A DNA stretch of 64,000 nt from Candidatus Binataceae bacterium (lineage in GTDB: Bacteria; Desulfobacterota; Binatia; Binatales; Binataceae): positions 478 through 64,477 of the forward strand of contig DATLRA010000047.1 of NCBI GenBank assembly GCA_035534935.1, given 5' to 3'. The notes under the pieces are model-generated. The model saw only the letters and a list, made by a program, of their open reading frames with translations. It did no database searches and was not told the DNA's origin. A program made the position numbers and the translations under genes. How positions within the stretch are numbered: the stretch's first letter is position 1; the number at the start of each line of letters is the position of its first letter. Shown here piece by piece: positions 1 through 9,675 of the stretch.

Positions 1-681
1 TGCGATCTCAGCCGTCATCCCTTTGCGCTCACGGTCGACGGCGCGACGATCATGGCCGAGGCGCTGATTATCGCCACCGGCGCGTCGGCCAAGCTGCTCG
101 GCATCGAATCGGAAAAGCGCATGATGGGCTACGGCGTCAGCGCCTGCGCGACCTGCGACGGCGCCTTCTTCAAAAACAAGGAAGCGGTGGTGGTGGGCGG
201 CGGCGACACCGCGATGGAGGAGGCGATTTTCCTCACCCGGTTTTGCAGCAAGGTGACCGTCGTCCATCGGCGCGACGCGCTGCGCGCGTCGATGGTCATG
301 CAGGATCGCGCTAAGAAAAATCCCAGGATCGCGTTCATCTGGAACTCCGCGATCGATGAAATTTTCGGCGATCCCAAGGCCGGCGTCAGCGCCGTGCGGC
401 TCAAGCACGTCGCCACCGGCGCGACCACCGACTTCCGCACCGACGCGGTCTTCATGGCGATTGGCCATCAGCCCAATACGGCGATTTTTCAGGGCCAGCT
501 CAACATGGACGAGACCGGCTACCTGAAGGTCCGGCCCGGCTCTACCTACACCAGTATCGAGGGCGTGTTCGCCGCGGGCGACGTCGCCGACAAGGTCTAC
601 CGCCAGGCGATCACCGCGGCCGGCACCGGCTGCATGGCGGCGCTCGACGCCGAACGCTGGCTCGAAGCGCGCCACGGATGA
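1..681 (+). CDS. trxB: thioredoxin-disulfide reductase, C-terminal part (5' end outside window)
   Basis: Frame is open from position 1. It carries the CATCDG redox-active disulfide, the VVGGGDTAMEEA NADPH-binding motif and the GVFAAGDV FAD motif. Confidence 0.9.
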   Translation, partial: CDLSRHPFALTVDGATIMAEALIIATGASAKLLGIESEKRMMGYGVSACATCDGAFFKNKEAVVVGGGDTAMEEAIFLTRFCSKVTVVHRRDALRASMVMQDRAKKNPRIAFIWNSAIDEIFGDPKAGVSAVRLKHVATGATTDFRTDAVFMAIGHQPNTAIFQGQLNMDETGYLKVRPGSTYTSIEGVFAAGDVADKVYRQAITAAGTGCMAALDAERWLEARHG

Positions 682-746
682 CGACCGCGCGCGTCGCCGA
701 TCGGGGCACGCGTCTAACCGCCGGCCGGCTCGGCTGGTAAAGCGCC

Positions 747-1760
747 GTGAACAGCGCGCAAGCCCTGAGCCCGACCCGCCGCGTCGCGGCTGGCGTGGCG
801 GTCGTTGCCGTCCTCACGATGGTCGCCACCGCCGGCTACATGGTGATTGAGCGGATGTCTTTTATCGACGCGCTCTACATGACCGTCATCACGATCACCA
901 CTGTTGGCTATGAAGAGGTGCGTCCGCTCGACACGGCCGGCCGCCTCTACACTATAGCTGTGATCTTCACCGGCGTCGGCACGGCCTACTATATGTTCGC
1001 CGTGGTGACCCAGGTGGTGGTCGGGGGGCAGCTTCGCGAGCTGGCAGGAAAAAACACGATGAATCGCAAAATCCAGCAGGTTGCCGGACACGTGATCGTA
1101 TGCGGCTACGGGCGCTTCGGCCGGGTGGTGGCCGATCAGCTCAAGCGCGACAAGCTGACCGTGGTGGTGGTCGAGCGCGACGCCGAGCGCGAGCCGGATC
1201 TGATCCAGGCCGATTTCTTGTACGTCATCGGCTCGGCGATCGATGTGTCGATACTGGATCGCGCCGGCATCGAGCGGGCCAGCGATATCGTGGTGGCGAC
1301 GGCCTCGGATCCCGACAACGTTTTCATCAGCCTGTCCGCGCGCGACCGCAATCCGCGCATTCATATCCACGCGCGCGCCGACACAGAGGCCGGCCTGCGC
1401 CATCTCGAATTGGCCGGTGCCGACCAGGTGATCTCGTCTCATCACTACAGCGCGCTACGCATCGCGGCGGCGATTGCACGTCCGTCGATCGTCGATTTCC
1501 TGACCCTGGTGCTGCCCGGCCACAGCGAGGACGTGAGCCTTGAGGAGGTCACAATCGGCGCCACCAGCGCTCTCGGTAGGCAGACGATCGCGCAGATCGA
1601 GCGGGCCAACACGCGGCTGCGGATCGTTGGGCTCAAGCGCGGCGCTGGCGCGCTCACTATCGTTCCCGACAGCGATACGCGGATCGAGGCCGGTGACCTG
1701 ATCGTCGTGATCGGCGCGCGGCCGAGTCTCGAACGGCTCGCCGAGACTGCCGCGGCCTGA
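747..1760 (+). CDS. two-TM potassium-channel-family protein with RCK (TrkA-N/TrkA-C) gating domain; atypical filter TTVGYEE
   Basis: TM1, pore helix (FIDALYMTVITI), filter and TM2 are present. They are followed by the VIVCGYGRFGRVVA Rossmann motif and a TrkA-C-like tail. GTG start. Confidence 0.85.
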   Translation: MNSAQALSPTRRVAAGVAVVAVLTMVATAGYMVIERMSFIDALYMTVITITTVGYEEVRPLDTAGRLYTIAVIFTGVGTAYYMFAVVTQVVVGGQLRELAGKNTMNRKIQQVAGHVIVCGYGRFGRVVADQLKRDKLTVVVVERDAEREPDLIQADFLYVIGSAIDVSILDRAGIERASDIVVATASDPDNVFISLSARDRNPRIHIHARADTEAGLRHLELAGADQVISSHHYSALRIAAAIARPSIVDFLTLVLPGHSEDVSLEEVTIGATSALGRQTIAQIERANTRLRIVGLKRGAGALTIVPDSDTRIEAGDLIVVIGARPSLERLAETAAA

Positions 1761-1837
1761 GCCGCATCGGGATCTACGATACGCAATCCGTGATTCTGCG
1801 CTTTGATTCCGCATTCGTATCCTGCGAGAGTTTGGCC

Positions 1838-2623
1838 ATGCCGCCGAGTGAAACCGCCGAGTCCGCCGCCGCCCCGCCGCACAAGGCGACCGGATCCCTG
1901 AAGGCCGCCACCGGCTCACTCGGCCCCGACGGGGCGCAACCGGCGGCACGGCTGGCCGCCACGCCTGCGCCGCGCGATCTTTCGCTACGTATCGGCGAGC
2001 TGATCATATTTCTCGCCGCGATCCTCGGTGCGATGGCTGTCGGACTCGGCCTGAGCGACTATCTGGCCGCCCAACCCTACGTCAGCGTCTATCTTATCGC
2101 CTACGCGGCGTTTCGCGTCGCCGATCTGCTGGTGCGCGAGGACGCGATGCTCGGGGCGGACCGCCCGCACCTCGCGCGGCGCATCATGGCCGCACTGCCG
2201 GTGCTCGCGCTGTTCGCCGCCGCGCCCTTCGAGCGGACCTATCTCTATGGCGGCAGTGCGCCGCGATGGCTCTCCGCGTTGGGCCTGCTGATCGAACTGA
2301 TGGGGCTGTGGCTGGCACTCGGCGCGCGTATCCAGCTCGGCTATTTCTCGACGGCCGAGGCTGACGAGGCTCCGCGCCCGATTGTCCACAGCGGCCTCTA
2401 TCGCCATATCCGGCATCCGACTTACGCTGGCGAGTTCCTGGTCCTGTTTGCCTGGCCGTTCGAGTACGCCGCGCCGCTGACCGCGATCCTGATGGTTGTG
2501 GTCGGCATTTTTGTGCTGCGCCGGCGCATCGGCGAGGAAGAGGCCGCCCTGCTGGCCAGCTACGGGGACGAATACGCCGCCTACATGCGCACGACCGACG
2601 GCGTGATTCCCAACGTATGGTGA
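1838..2623 (+). CDS. isoprenylcysteine carboxyl methyltransferase (ICMT/PEMT) family membrane protein
   Basis: Multi-pass membrane protein with the C-terminal GLYRHIRHPTYAGEFLV motif. The ORF opens at 1790 and the first ATG is at 1838. Confidence 0.7.
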   Translation: MPPSETAESAAAPPHKATGSLKAATGSLGPDGAQPAARLAATPAPRDLSLRIGELIIFLAAILGAMAVGLGLSDYLAAQPYVSVYLIAYAAFRVADLLVREDAMLGADRPHLARRIMAALPVLALFAAAPFERTYLYGGSAPRWLSALGLLIELMGLWLALGARIQLGYFSTAEADEAPRPIVHSGLYRHIRHPTYAGEFLVLFAWPFEYAAPLTAILMVVVGIFVLRRRIGEEEAALLASYGDEYAAYMRTTDGVIPNVW

Positions 2624-2666
2624 TTGCGGACCGCGCCGCGCACCCCGCCGCCGGGCCCGGTGTGCG

Positions 2667-3551
2667 ATGATGCCGCGCGTCCGCCGGCTGCTGCGCCTGG
2701 CCCTGGTCGTCGTGATCGTCGCCGGGCTCTACCGCCTGGGTGGCGTCTACCTGTGGCCGTCGCCCGACACCAGCACGATCCGGACGGTCGGCATCATCGA
2801 AGCACCCGAGGTTAATATCACCAGCCGCATCGCCGGGCGCATCGCGCGGCTCGACCTGATTGAGGGCGACCAGGTTGAGCTTGGCCAGACCGTGTGCCTG
2901 ATCGAGGACGTCGATCTGCGCAATCAGGAGGCCAAGGCGCAGGGCGATCTGGCGACCGCGCAGGCCGATCTGGATCAGGCGGAACTGACGATGCGCCGCG
3001 ATCGCGAGCTCATGCGGCGCGGAGTGATTTCGGCCAAGGAGCGCGACGACGCCGTCGCCGATCTCGATCGCAAGCGCGCGGCGGTCGTGGCGGCCAAGGC
3101 CAACGTGCAATACTACCGCGACCAGATCGCCGACATGGTGATTCGTTCGCCGATCACCGGGATCGTCGTAAGCAAGGCGCTCGAAGTCGGCGAATGGGTC
3201 ACGCCGGGCACACCGATCCTCACGGTCGACGACCTTTCGACCATCTGGGCGCGGGTCGATGTCGAGGAGACCGATCTCGGCGCGATCCGCCTCGGCCAGG
3301 CCGCGCAGGTCGCGCTGACCACCCGTCCGCCGCAGGTCTACACCGGGCGCGTGATGGCGATTGGCCAGGAGGGTCAATTCGCGACCGAGACCGATGTGCG
3401 GCGCGGCCGCCAGGATATCCGCACGTTCTACGTCAAGGTGCGCGTGCTGCAGGCGGGCGGTGACGTGAAACCCGGAATGACCGCCGAAGTGACCTTTTCG
3501 CGGCGCAATGGAATCGAACTCGATAGCAATCCAGGCGCACGAACTGACTAA
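2667..3551 (+). CDS. HlyD-family efflux periplasmic adaptor (membrane fusion protein)
   Basis: N-terminal TM anchor, lipoyl-like hairpin halves, a coiled-coil segment (DLATAQADLDQAELT) and a beta-barrel tail. It overlaps the downstream ABC ATPase. Confidence 0.8.
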   Translation: MMPRVRRLLRLALVVVIVAGLYRLGGVYLWPSPDTSTIRTVGIIEAPEVNITSRIAGRIARLDLIEGDQVELGQTVCLIEDVDLRNQEAKAQGDLATAQADLDQAELTMRRDRELMRRGVISAKERDDAVADLDRKRAAVVAAKANVQYYRDQIADMVIRSPITGIVVSKALEVGEWVTPGTPILTVDDLSTIWARVDVEETDLGAIRLGQAAQVALTTRPPQVYTGRVMAIGQEGQFATETDVRRGRQDIRTFYVKVRVLQAGGDVKPGMTAEVTFSRRNGIELDSNPGARTD

Positions 3552-4527
3552 AAAGTTCGGCGCGTTTACGGCGGTCGACCAGATCAGCGTCGAGGTCCGC
3601 CGCGGCGAGCTATTCGGCCTGCTTGGCCCCAACGGCGCCGGCAAAACCACTCTCACGCGGATGCTCACGACGCTGCTTGCGCCGACCTCCGGCAGCGCGC
3701 AGGTGGCCGGTGAGGACGTGGTGCGCGCGCCCGGCCGCGTGCGCGAACGGATCGGCGTAATCCCCCAGGCGCTGACCTCTGACCTCGACCTCACCGGCTG
3801 GGAAAACGTCGACATCTATGGCGAGTTCTACGGCATCGGCCGCCGCCAGCGTCATGAGCGTGCCGCGCGGCTGATCGGGATGGTCGGACTCAGCGATCGC
3901 CAGCACGATCGCGTCGCAACCTATTCGGGCGGGATGCGCCGGCGGCTCGAAATCGCGCGCGGCCTGATCCATTCGCCGCAAGTCCTGTTCCTCGACGAGC
4001 CGACCATCGGGCTCGACCCGCAAAGCCGCCGCGCCGTGTGGGATCTGCTCGAGCAATTGCGCCGCGAGACCGGCCTCACGATTGCCCTCACGACCCATTA
4101 CATGGACGAGGCCGAGACCCTGTGCGACCGCATCGCGATCGTCGACGTCGGCAAGATTATCGCGCTCGGTACGCCGACCGAGCTCAAGTCGATGATCAAG
4201 GGTTCGGATCGCATCGAGCTTGAGGTGGACGGCGCCGCCGCCGCCGCCGCCAATCTCATCCGCGCGCAAACCTACGCCTACCAGGTCACCGTGAGCCCGC
4301 AAGGCCCCATCACGGTCACGGTCGATGACGGCGCGCACGTGATGCCGCGGCTGATCGCGCAGATCGACGCCGCCGGCTTCCGGGTGACCTCGATCAAGCT
4401 CGAGCGCATGTCGCTCGAGGACGTGTTTATCCGCGTGACCGGCCGTAGCCTGCGCGACGAGCCGCCCAAAAAAGTCGGCTTCTTCAACCTAGGCATGGGG
4501 ATGCCGCCGCCGCCCGGCCGCCGATGA
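3508..4527 (+). CDS. ABC transporter ATP-binding protein (DrrA/ABC-2 type)
   Basis: Walker A GPNGAGKTT, signature YSGGMRRRL, Walker B LFLDEPT. Confidence 0.9.
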   Translation: MESNSIAIQAHELTKKFGAFTAVDQISVEVRRGELFGLLGPNGAGKTTLTRMLTTLLAPTSGSAQVAGEDVVRAPGRVRERIGVIPQALTSDLDLTGWENVDIYGEFYGIGRRQRHERAARLIGMVGLSDRQHDRVATYSGGMRRRLEIARGLIHSPQVLFLDEPTIGLDPQSRRAVWDLLEQLRRETGLTIALTTHYMDEAETLCDRIAIVDVGKIIALGTPTELKSMIKGSDRIELEVDGAAAAAANLIRAQTYAYQVTVSPQGPITVTVDDGAHVMPRLIAQIDAAGFRVTSIKLERMSLEDVFIRVTGRSLRDEPPKKVGFFNLGMGMPPPPGRR

Positions 4528-4551
4528 TCCGCTGAACCCGGCGATGCTCAA

Positions 4552-5682
4552 GTGAACATTGCGATGCTCAAGACCTGGGCGATAATGCGCCGCGATCTGA
4601 TCAAGATGACGCGCAATCCGCTGACGATATTCGTCAGTGTGCTGCTGCCGATCATCTATCTCGTGATCTTCGGCAACTCCTTTCAGGGCGTGCTCAAGCA
4701 TCTGCCGCTCGTGATCGTGAGCCAGGACACCGGACCTTACGGCATCAAGGTAATGGAAAAGATGCAGGCGCTGGCCGCCGGTCCCAAGACCATCACGATC
4801 ACCTACGCGAGCGATCCGGCGGCGGCGATCGCCGCCGTACGCAACGGCCAGTACAAAGGGGCGTTGATTATCCCGCACGATTTCAGCCATTCGATTGCCG
4901 AAGGCCGCATCGGCGAAGTCGGCCTCTTCACCGATAACGTCGACTCGATCAGCTCGGGAACTATCGAGGGGCTGCTCGCCCAGGCGATCGCTACGCTGCG
5001 TGACGGCTTCGTCACCGCGCGCGAGCCCAAGCTCGATCAGATCGTGCTGCGGCCGAGCCGCCTGTTCGTGACCGTCGACTACGATCGTTCGCTGATTCCC
5101 GGCGTCATCGTGATGGCGCTGTTCATGGGCTCGCTGACCTCGGGGGTCTTCAACTGGGTGATGGACCGCTTCATGGGCGTCACCGAATGCTACCTGGTCA
5201 CCCCTCTGTCGCGCTGGAACCTGGCCGGCGGCGTCCTCGGCAGCAGCGTGCTGGTGACCAGTTGCGCGTCGTTCATCGTGCTGGCGGTCGGCCTGCTGAT
5301 CACCGGCGCGACGATCGTCGGCGGCTTTGCGGCCTTTGCGATGCTGATGGGGATTATCGTGATCGGCGCGACCGGTATCCTGGCGATGACCTTCGCGCTG
5401 CTGGCGCGCGCCGACAACCCGCGCATCGTCGGAGCGTCGGCCGGCTTCCTCAATGTGATCCTGTTTTTTCCCAGCGGCGCGGTCTACCCGGTCGAGAGCT
5501 TTCCGCACTGGCTCCGGGTCTTCGCCCAGTACAATCCCGAGACCCACGCGGTCTCGGCCCTCAAGTCGATCCTCTTCAAGGGCGCGAACTTCTCCGCGAT
5601 TTCGTCCGACCTGCGCTTCCTGGTGATCTTCACCGCGATCATGCTGGCGCTCGCCGGGCTCAACCTCAAGCGCACGCTGTGA
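4552..5682 (+). CDS. ABC-2 type transporter permease
   Basis: N-terminal TM helix, a large extracytoplasmic loop, then five C-terminal TM helices. It is adjacent to the cognate ATPase. Confidence 0.8.
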   Translation: MNIAMLKTWAIMRRDLIKMTRNPLTIFVSVLLPIIYLVIFGNSFQGVLKHLPLVIVSQDTGPYGIKVMEKMQALAAGPKTITITYASDPAAAIAAVRNGQYKGALIIPHDFSHSIAEGRIGEVGLFTDNVDSISSGTIEGLLAQAIATLRDGFVTAREPKLDQIVLRPSRLFVTVDYDRSLIPGVIVMALFMGSLTSGVFNWVMDRFMGVTECYLVTPLSRWNLAGGVLGSSVLVTSCASFIVLAVGLLITGATIVGGFAAFAMLMGIIVIGATGILAMTFALLARADNPRIVGASAGFLNVILFFPSGAVYPVESFPHWLRVFAQYNPETHAVSALKSILFKGANFSAISSDLRFLVIFTAIMLALAGLNLKRTL

Positions 5683-5809
5683 TCGGTCCGGCTACCCTCG
5701 CGGACCGCCGCGATACTTAAAGTATTACTTGCGATTTGGACCCCGGTTGACACTCGGGCGGGCTATGCGACACGATCCGATCGTACGGCGTCACAGCGGG
5801 AGCTAACCA

Positions 5810-6244
5810 ATGGTTTGGTGGGCTTGGATTATCCTCGGAATTGCCTGCATAGCGATTGAAATTCATTTCACGCACGACTTCTCGCTCTGCTGCGTCGGCG
5901 TGAGCGCGTTTATCGTTGGCGCGATCGCCGCCTTCACCACGCGTCTGCCGGACTTCTCGCAATGGCTCGGGTTCGGCGCGTTGTCCGTCGCCGTCCTGCT
6001 GCTCGTGCGCAAGCCGCTACTCGGTCGCTTCCAGCCCCATCGCGGCCGCGACGCCGATTTCAACTACCTGGTCGGCGAGCTGGCCACGCCCGACGGCGAC
6101 CTGCCGGCTAACGGCGCCGGACGGGCCGAGCTGCGCGGTTCGACCTGGACGGCGCGCAACGGTGCGGCCAGCGATCTGCACAAGGGTCAGCGCTGCCGGG
6201 TCGAGAAGGTCGAGGGCCTGACCCTGTGGCTTAAGGCGGAGTGA
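5810..6244 (+). CDS. NfeD-family membrane protein
   Basis: Two or three N-terminal TM helices plus a C-terminal OB-like domain (GRAELRGSTWTARN). It lies directly upstream of the SPFH gene, which is the usual pairing. Confidence 0.7.
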   Translation: MVWWAWIILGIACIAIEIHFTHDFSLCCVGVSAFIVGAIAAFTTRLPDFSQWLGFGALSVAVLLLVRKPLLGRFQPHRGRDADFNYLVGELATPDGDLPANGAGRAELRGSTWTARNGAASDLHKGQRCRVEKVEGLTLWLKAE

Positions 6245-6251
6245 CCAAGCG

Positions 6252-7292
6252 ATGGATAATTTATCGATTGTCGAACTGATGGTCGGCGGCCTGATCGCGA
6301 TTCTGATCATCTGGGCGATGCTCTCGACCGTCAAGGTGGTGCCGCAGCAGAACGCCTGGATAATCGAGCGCCTCGGCCGCTTCGAGCGCGTAGGCTTCGG
6401 CGGCTTGCAGATTCTCGTGCCGATGGTCGAGACGGTGCGCGCCAAGGTCGATTTGCGTGAACAGGCGGCGACCATCGCCGAGCAGGACTGCATCACGAAA
6501 GACAACGTGATGGTCCACGTTGACGGCATCCTCTATTTCAAAGTCGTCGACGCCGAGCGCGCCACCTACGGCATCTCGAACCTGCTGTTTTCGATCGAGC
6601 AGCTCGCCCAGACCACGCTGCGCAGCGAGATCGGCAAGATCGAACTCGATCACACCTTCGAGGAGCGCGCGCGGATCAACGCGGAGATCGTGATCGAAAT
6701 CGACAAGGCCTCGGAAGCCTGGGGCGTCAAGGTTCTGCGCTACGAGATCAAGACCATTCGGCCGCCCGCCGACATCCTCGAAGCGATGGAAAAGCAGATG
6801 CGCGCCGAGCGCGAAAAACGCGCCGCCGTGCTGCAATCCGAGGGCGAGCGGACCGCCGCGATCAACCAGTCCGAGGGCGTGCGCGAAGCCGTCATCAATC
6901 GCGCCGAAGGCGAGAAGCAGCAATTGATTAAGGAGTCCGAGGGCAAGGCGGCGGCGATTCGCGCCGTGGCCACGGCGACCGCCGAGGGGATTCGTTCGGT
7001 GGCCGAGGCGATCCAGGCGCCGGGCGGTTTCGAGGCGGTGCAGTACCGCGTCGCCAGCGACTATATTTTGCAGTTCGGCAATCTGGCCAAGGAATCCAAC
7101 ACGCTAATCCTGCCGAGCAACATGGCCGATATCGCCGGGATGATCGCGGCCGCGATGAACGTCATTCGCCATAGCTCCGGCAATGGCAACGGTGACGGCG
7201 GCAGCAACGGCGGCAAGCGCTCGGCCGCGGCCACCGCCGCCGAGCTCTTGAACGTCACGCCGGCCCCCGGCCAGGGCCCGCGCAATCCCTGA
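6252..7292 (+). CDS. SPFH/band-7 (stomatin-like) protein
   Basis: N-terminal TM helix, an SPFH core (QQNAWIIERLGRF...TKDNV...) and a coiled-coil, Ala/Glu-rich tail. Confidence 0.9.
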   Translation: MDNLSIVELMVGGLIAILIIWAMLSTVKVVPQQNAWIIERLGRFERVGFGGLQILVPMVETVRAKVDLREQAATIAEQDCITKDNVMVHVDGILYFKVVDAERATYGISNLLFSIEQLAQTTLRSEIGKIELDHTFEERARINAEIVIEIDKASEAWGVKVLRYEIKTIRPPADILEAMEKQMRAEREKRAAVLQSEGERTAAINQSEGVREAVINRAEGEKQQLIKESEGKAAAIRAVATATAEGIRSVAEAIQAPGGFEAVQYRVASDYILQFGNLAKESNTLILPSNMADIAGMIAAAMNVIRHSSGNGNGDGGSNGGKRSAAATAAELLNVTPAPGQGPRNP

Positions 7293-7343
7293 CGCGAATC
7301 GCGCAATCCCTGCGGCTACCCGCGATGCGATCCGCGCCGCCCG

Positions 7344-8033
7344 TCAGTCGTGCGATTTGCGCCGGCCGCCCGACATGTCGGCGGGGCGGCGCGCCTTGAG
7401 CTGACAGGCCGCCAGCGCGCAGTAGGGCGGGGCGTCACCGGCCGGGCCAACGAAGGCGCGTCCGCAGCCCACGCATCGGCGGACCGTTTCGTCACCCGTG
7501 AGCAGCGGGCGCAACTCGCGCACGACCTCGCCGTCGGTGCCGAATTCGTTCGCCGGGCTGGGCTTCGGCTCGTCACTGACGATCGATAATCCGTGGTAAT
7601 GGATGCGGCCGCTCTTGGCCGCGATCGTCGCGCCGTGCCGCGCGTTGCGATCGGCCTCCTCGTTGAGCGGGTCGCCGGCGTGCCCTTCGACCCATTCGAA
7701 GATGACCCGGCGCTCGCCGGCTTCGTGATCAAGTTTCTCCCACAGGTCGACGTTCTGCTTGCGCTTCCAGCCAAGCGTCATCGTCTTGACCACGTACTGG
7801 CTGTCGCTGCGCAGAACCACGCGCGTGCCGGTCGGGACGACACGCAGCCCTTCGATCGCCGCCGTCAACTCCATCCGGTTGTTCGTGGTCGCGGGGTCGC
7901 CACCGTAGATGGTGCGCGAGACGCCGCTGGGCTTGACGATCACCGCGGCCCATCCGCCGGGCCCGGGATTACCCAGGCAGGAGCCGTCAGCGTAAACGTA
8001 ATGAGTCTCTTTTGGCGCGGGCATCGCGGTCAC
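7344..8033 (-). CDS. rnhA: ribonuclease HI with about 85-aa C-terminal extension carrying a 4-Cys cluster
   Basis: Catalytic DEDD context is present (YADGSC, NNRMELTA, RSDSQY, NEEADRNA). The extension contains C-x2-C-x14-C-x4-C. The start overlaps the glgA stop by 4 nt. Confidence 0.9.
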   Translation of the reverse strand: MTAMPAPKETHYVYADGSCLGNPGPGGWAAVIVKPSGVSRTIYGGDPATTNNRMELTAAIEGLRVVPTGTRVVLRSDSQYVVKTMTLGWKRKQNVDLWEKLDHEAGERRVIFEWVEGHAGDPLNEEADRNARHGATIAAKSGRIHYHGLSIVSDEPKPSPANEFGTDGEVVRELRPLLTGDETVRRCVGCGRAFVGPAGDAPPYCALAACQLKARRPADMSGGRRKSHD

Positions 8034-9490
8034 TCCGCCGCCGGCCCGATCCGCTCAAACCATTCGAGGTACTCGGTGGCGGCGCGGTCCCAGGAAAAAT
8101 CCGACTTGAAACAATTGCGCATGACCACCTGCCATTGCGACGGTTTGTGGAACACGGTCACCGCGCGCGCGACCGCCTCGATCAGCGCCGCGGCGCTGTA
8201 GTCGGTGAAGACGAAGCCGTTGCCGGTGCGCGTATGGGAGTTGAATTCGCTCACCGTGTCGCGCAATCCGCCGGTCGCGCGCACCACCGGCGCCGTGCCG
8301 TACTTGAGCGCGTACATCTGGGTCAGTCCGCACGGCTCGAACCGCGACGGCATCAGGAACAGATCGCTCCCGGCCTGAATCCGATGGGCGACGGCGTTGT
8401 CGAAGCCGAGCAGGATGCGGATGCGCTCGGGATAGCGCCGTTCGGCCGCCTGGAAAATTTTCTCCAGCGCCGGATCGCCGCTCGTCAGCATCACCAGTTG
8501 CAGATCGAGTGCGATGATCGCGTCGAGCGCCTCGGCCAGGATATCGAGACCCTTCTGCGGCGTCATTCGCGTGACCATCCCGGCCATCGGCACCGGTTTG
8601 GATTTCGCCGGATGCGGCAGCTTGAGATCGTCGCGCAGGACGTCGAGGCAATGCTTTTTGTTGGCGCGGTTGCGCGGCGAGTAGGGCTTAGGGATCAGCC
8701 GGTCGTGCGCGGGATCCCATTCCTCGTAGTCCGCGCCGTTGAGAATTCCGATGAACCGGCCGCTCTTGGCGGCGAGCACGCCGCCCAGGCCGAAGCCGAC
8801 CTCCGGGTCGTGCGCGGATTCGTAGGCGTAGGTCGGACTCACCGTCGAGACCGCGTCGGCCAGCACTATCGCGCCCTTCATCAGGTTGACCCGGCCCCAG
8901 AACTCGAGACATTCGACCGTGTTCCACGATGCGTCGATCCCGAGCATCGGATAGTCCGCGGCGTCGAATACGCCCTGGTAGGCGAGATTGTGAATCGTGA
9001 AGGCCGAGCGCACGTGCGCAAAGCGCGCGCGCAGCGCGGCGTCCGCGCGGATCGCGATCGTTGCGGCGGCGGCGTGCCAGTCGTGCGCGTGCAGGACGTC
9101 AGGATGAATCAGGTCGGCCGCCGCATGCGCCGCGGCGCGGCCGAAAAAAATGAAGCGGCGCGCGTTGTCGGGATATTCCTCGCCCGCCTCGCCGTAAATG
9201 CCGCCGCGGCCGAAAAATCCCGGATGGTCGATCAGGTAGAGCGGTACGCCGGCCGCGCTCTCAGCGGCGAGCACCCGATAGGATTCGACCGCCGCGCCCA
9301 TCGCGAGCGTAAGGCCGTCGGCGACGATTCGCGTCGCGAGCTGTTCGGTCAACGCGGCGTAGGCCGGCGCGATCACGCAGGCCTCGGCGCCGCGATGCAT
9401 CAGTGCCGGCGGCAGCGCGGCGATGACGTCCGCCAGTCCGCCCGCCTTGGCGTAAGGTCCGATTTCCGCGGCTACGATCGCAACTCTCAT
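8030..9490 (-). CDS. glgA: glycogen (starch) synthase
   Basis: N-terminal MRVAIVAAEIGPYAKAGGLADV motif and GT5/GT1 architecture. The C-terminal half contains PSRFEPCGLTQMYALKYGT. Confidence 0.95.
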   Translation of the reverse strand: MRVAIVAAEIGPYAKAGGLADVIAALPPALMHRGAEACVIAPAYAALTEQLATRIVADGLTLAMGAAVESYRVLAAESAAGVPLYLIDHPGFFGRGGIYGEAGEEYPDNARRFIFFGRAAAHAAADLIHPDVLHAHDWHAAAATIAIRADAALRARFAHVRSAFTIHNLAYQGVFDAADYPMLGIDASWNTVECLEFWGRVNLMKGAIVLADAVSTVSPTYAYESAHDPEVGFGLGGVLAAKSGRFIGILNGADYEEWDPAHDRLIPKPYSPRNRANKKHCLDVLRDDLKLPHPAKSKPVPMAGMVTRMTPQKGLDILAEALDAIIALDLQLVMLTSGDPALEKIFQAAERRYPERIRILLGFDNAVAHRIQAGSDLFLMPSRFEPCGLTQMYALKYGTAPVVRATGGLRDTVSEFNSHTRTGNGFVFTDYSAAALIEAVARAVTVFHKPSQWQVVMRNCFKSDFSWDRAATEYLEWFERIGPAAE

Positions 9491-9675
9491 GCTTCCGGCT
9501 ATCCTGTTTCCGCGCCGGTGCCGGCCCGGCCGTGTTCACTCGATTTCGTTTCGCGCACCTCGCGCGCCGTGACGGTCGCGCCGGCGCCACCAACGCGGCG
9601 CGTCGTGCTCTTGCTGAGACTGATGTATGGAGCGTCTGCTGTCCAGTCAATGGCGCCCGCGTGCCGGCCGCGTGC

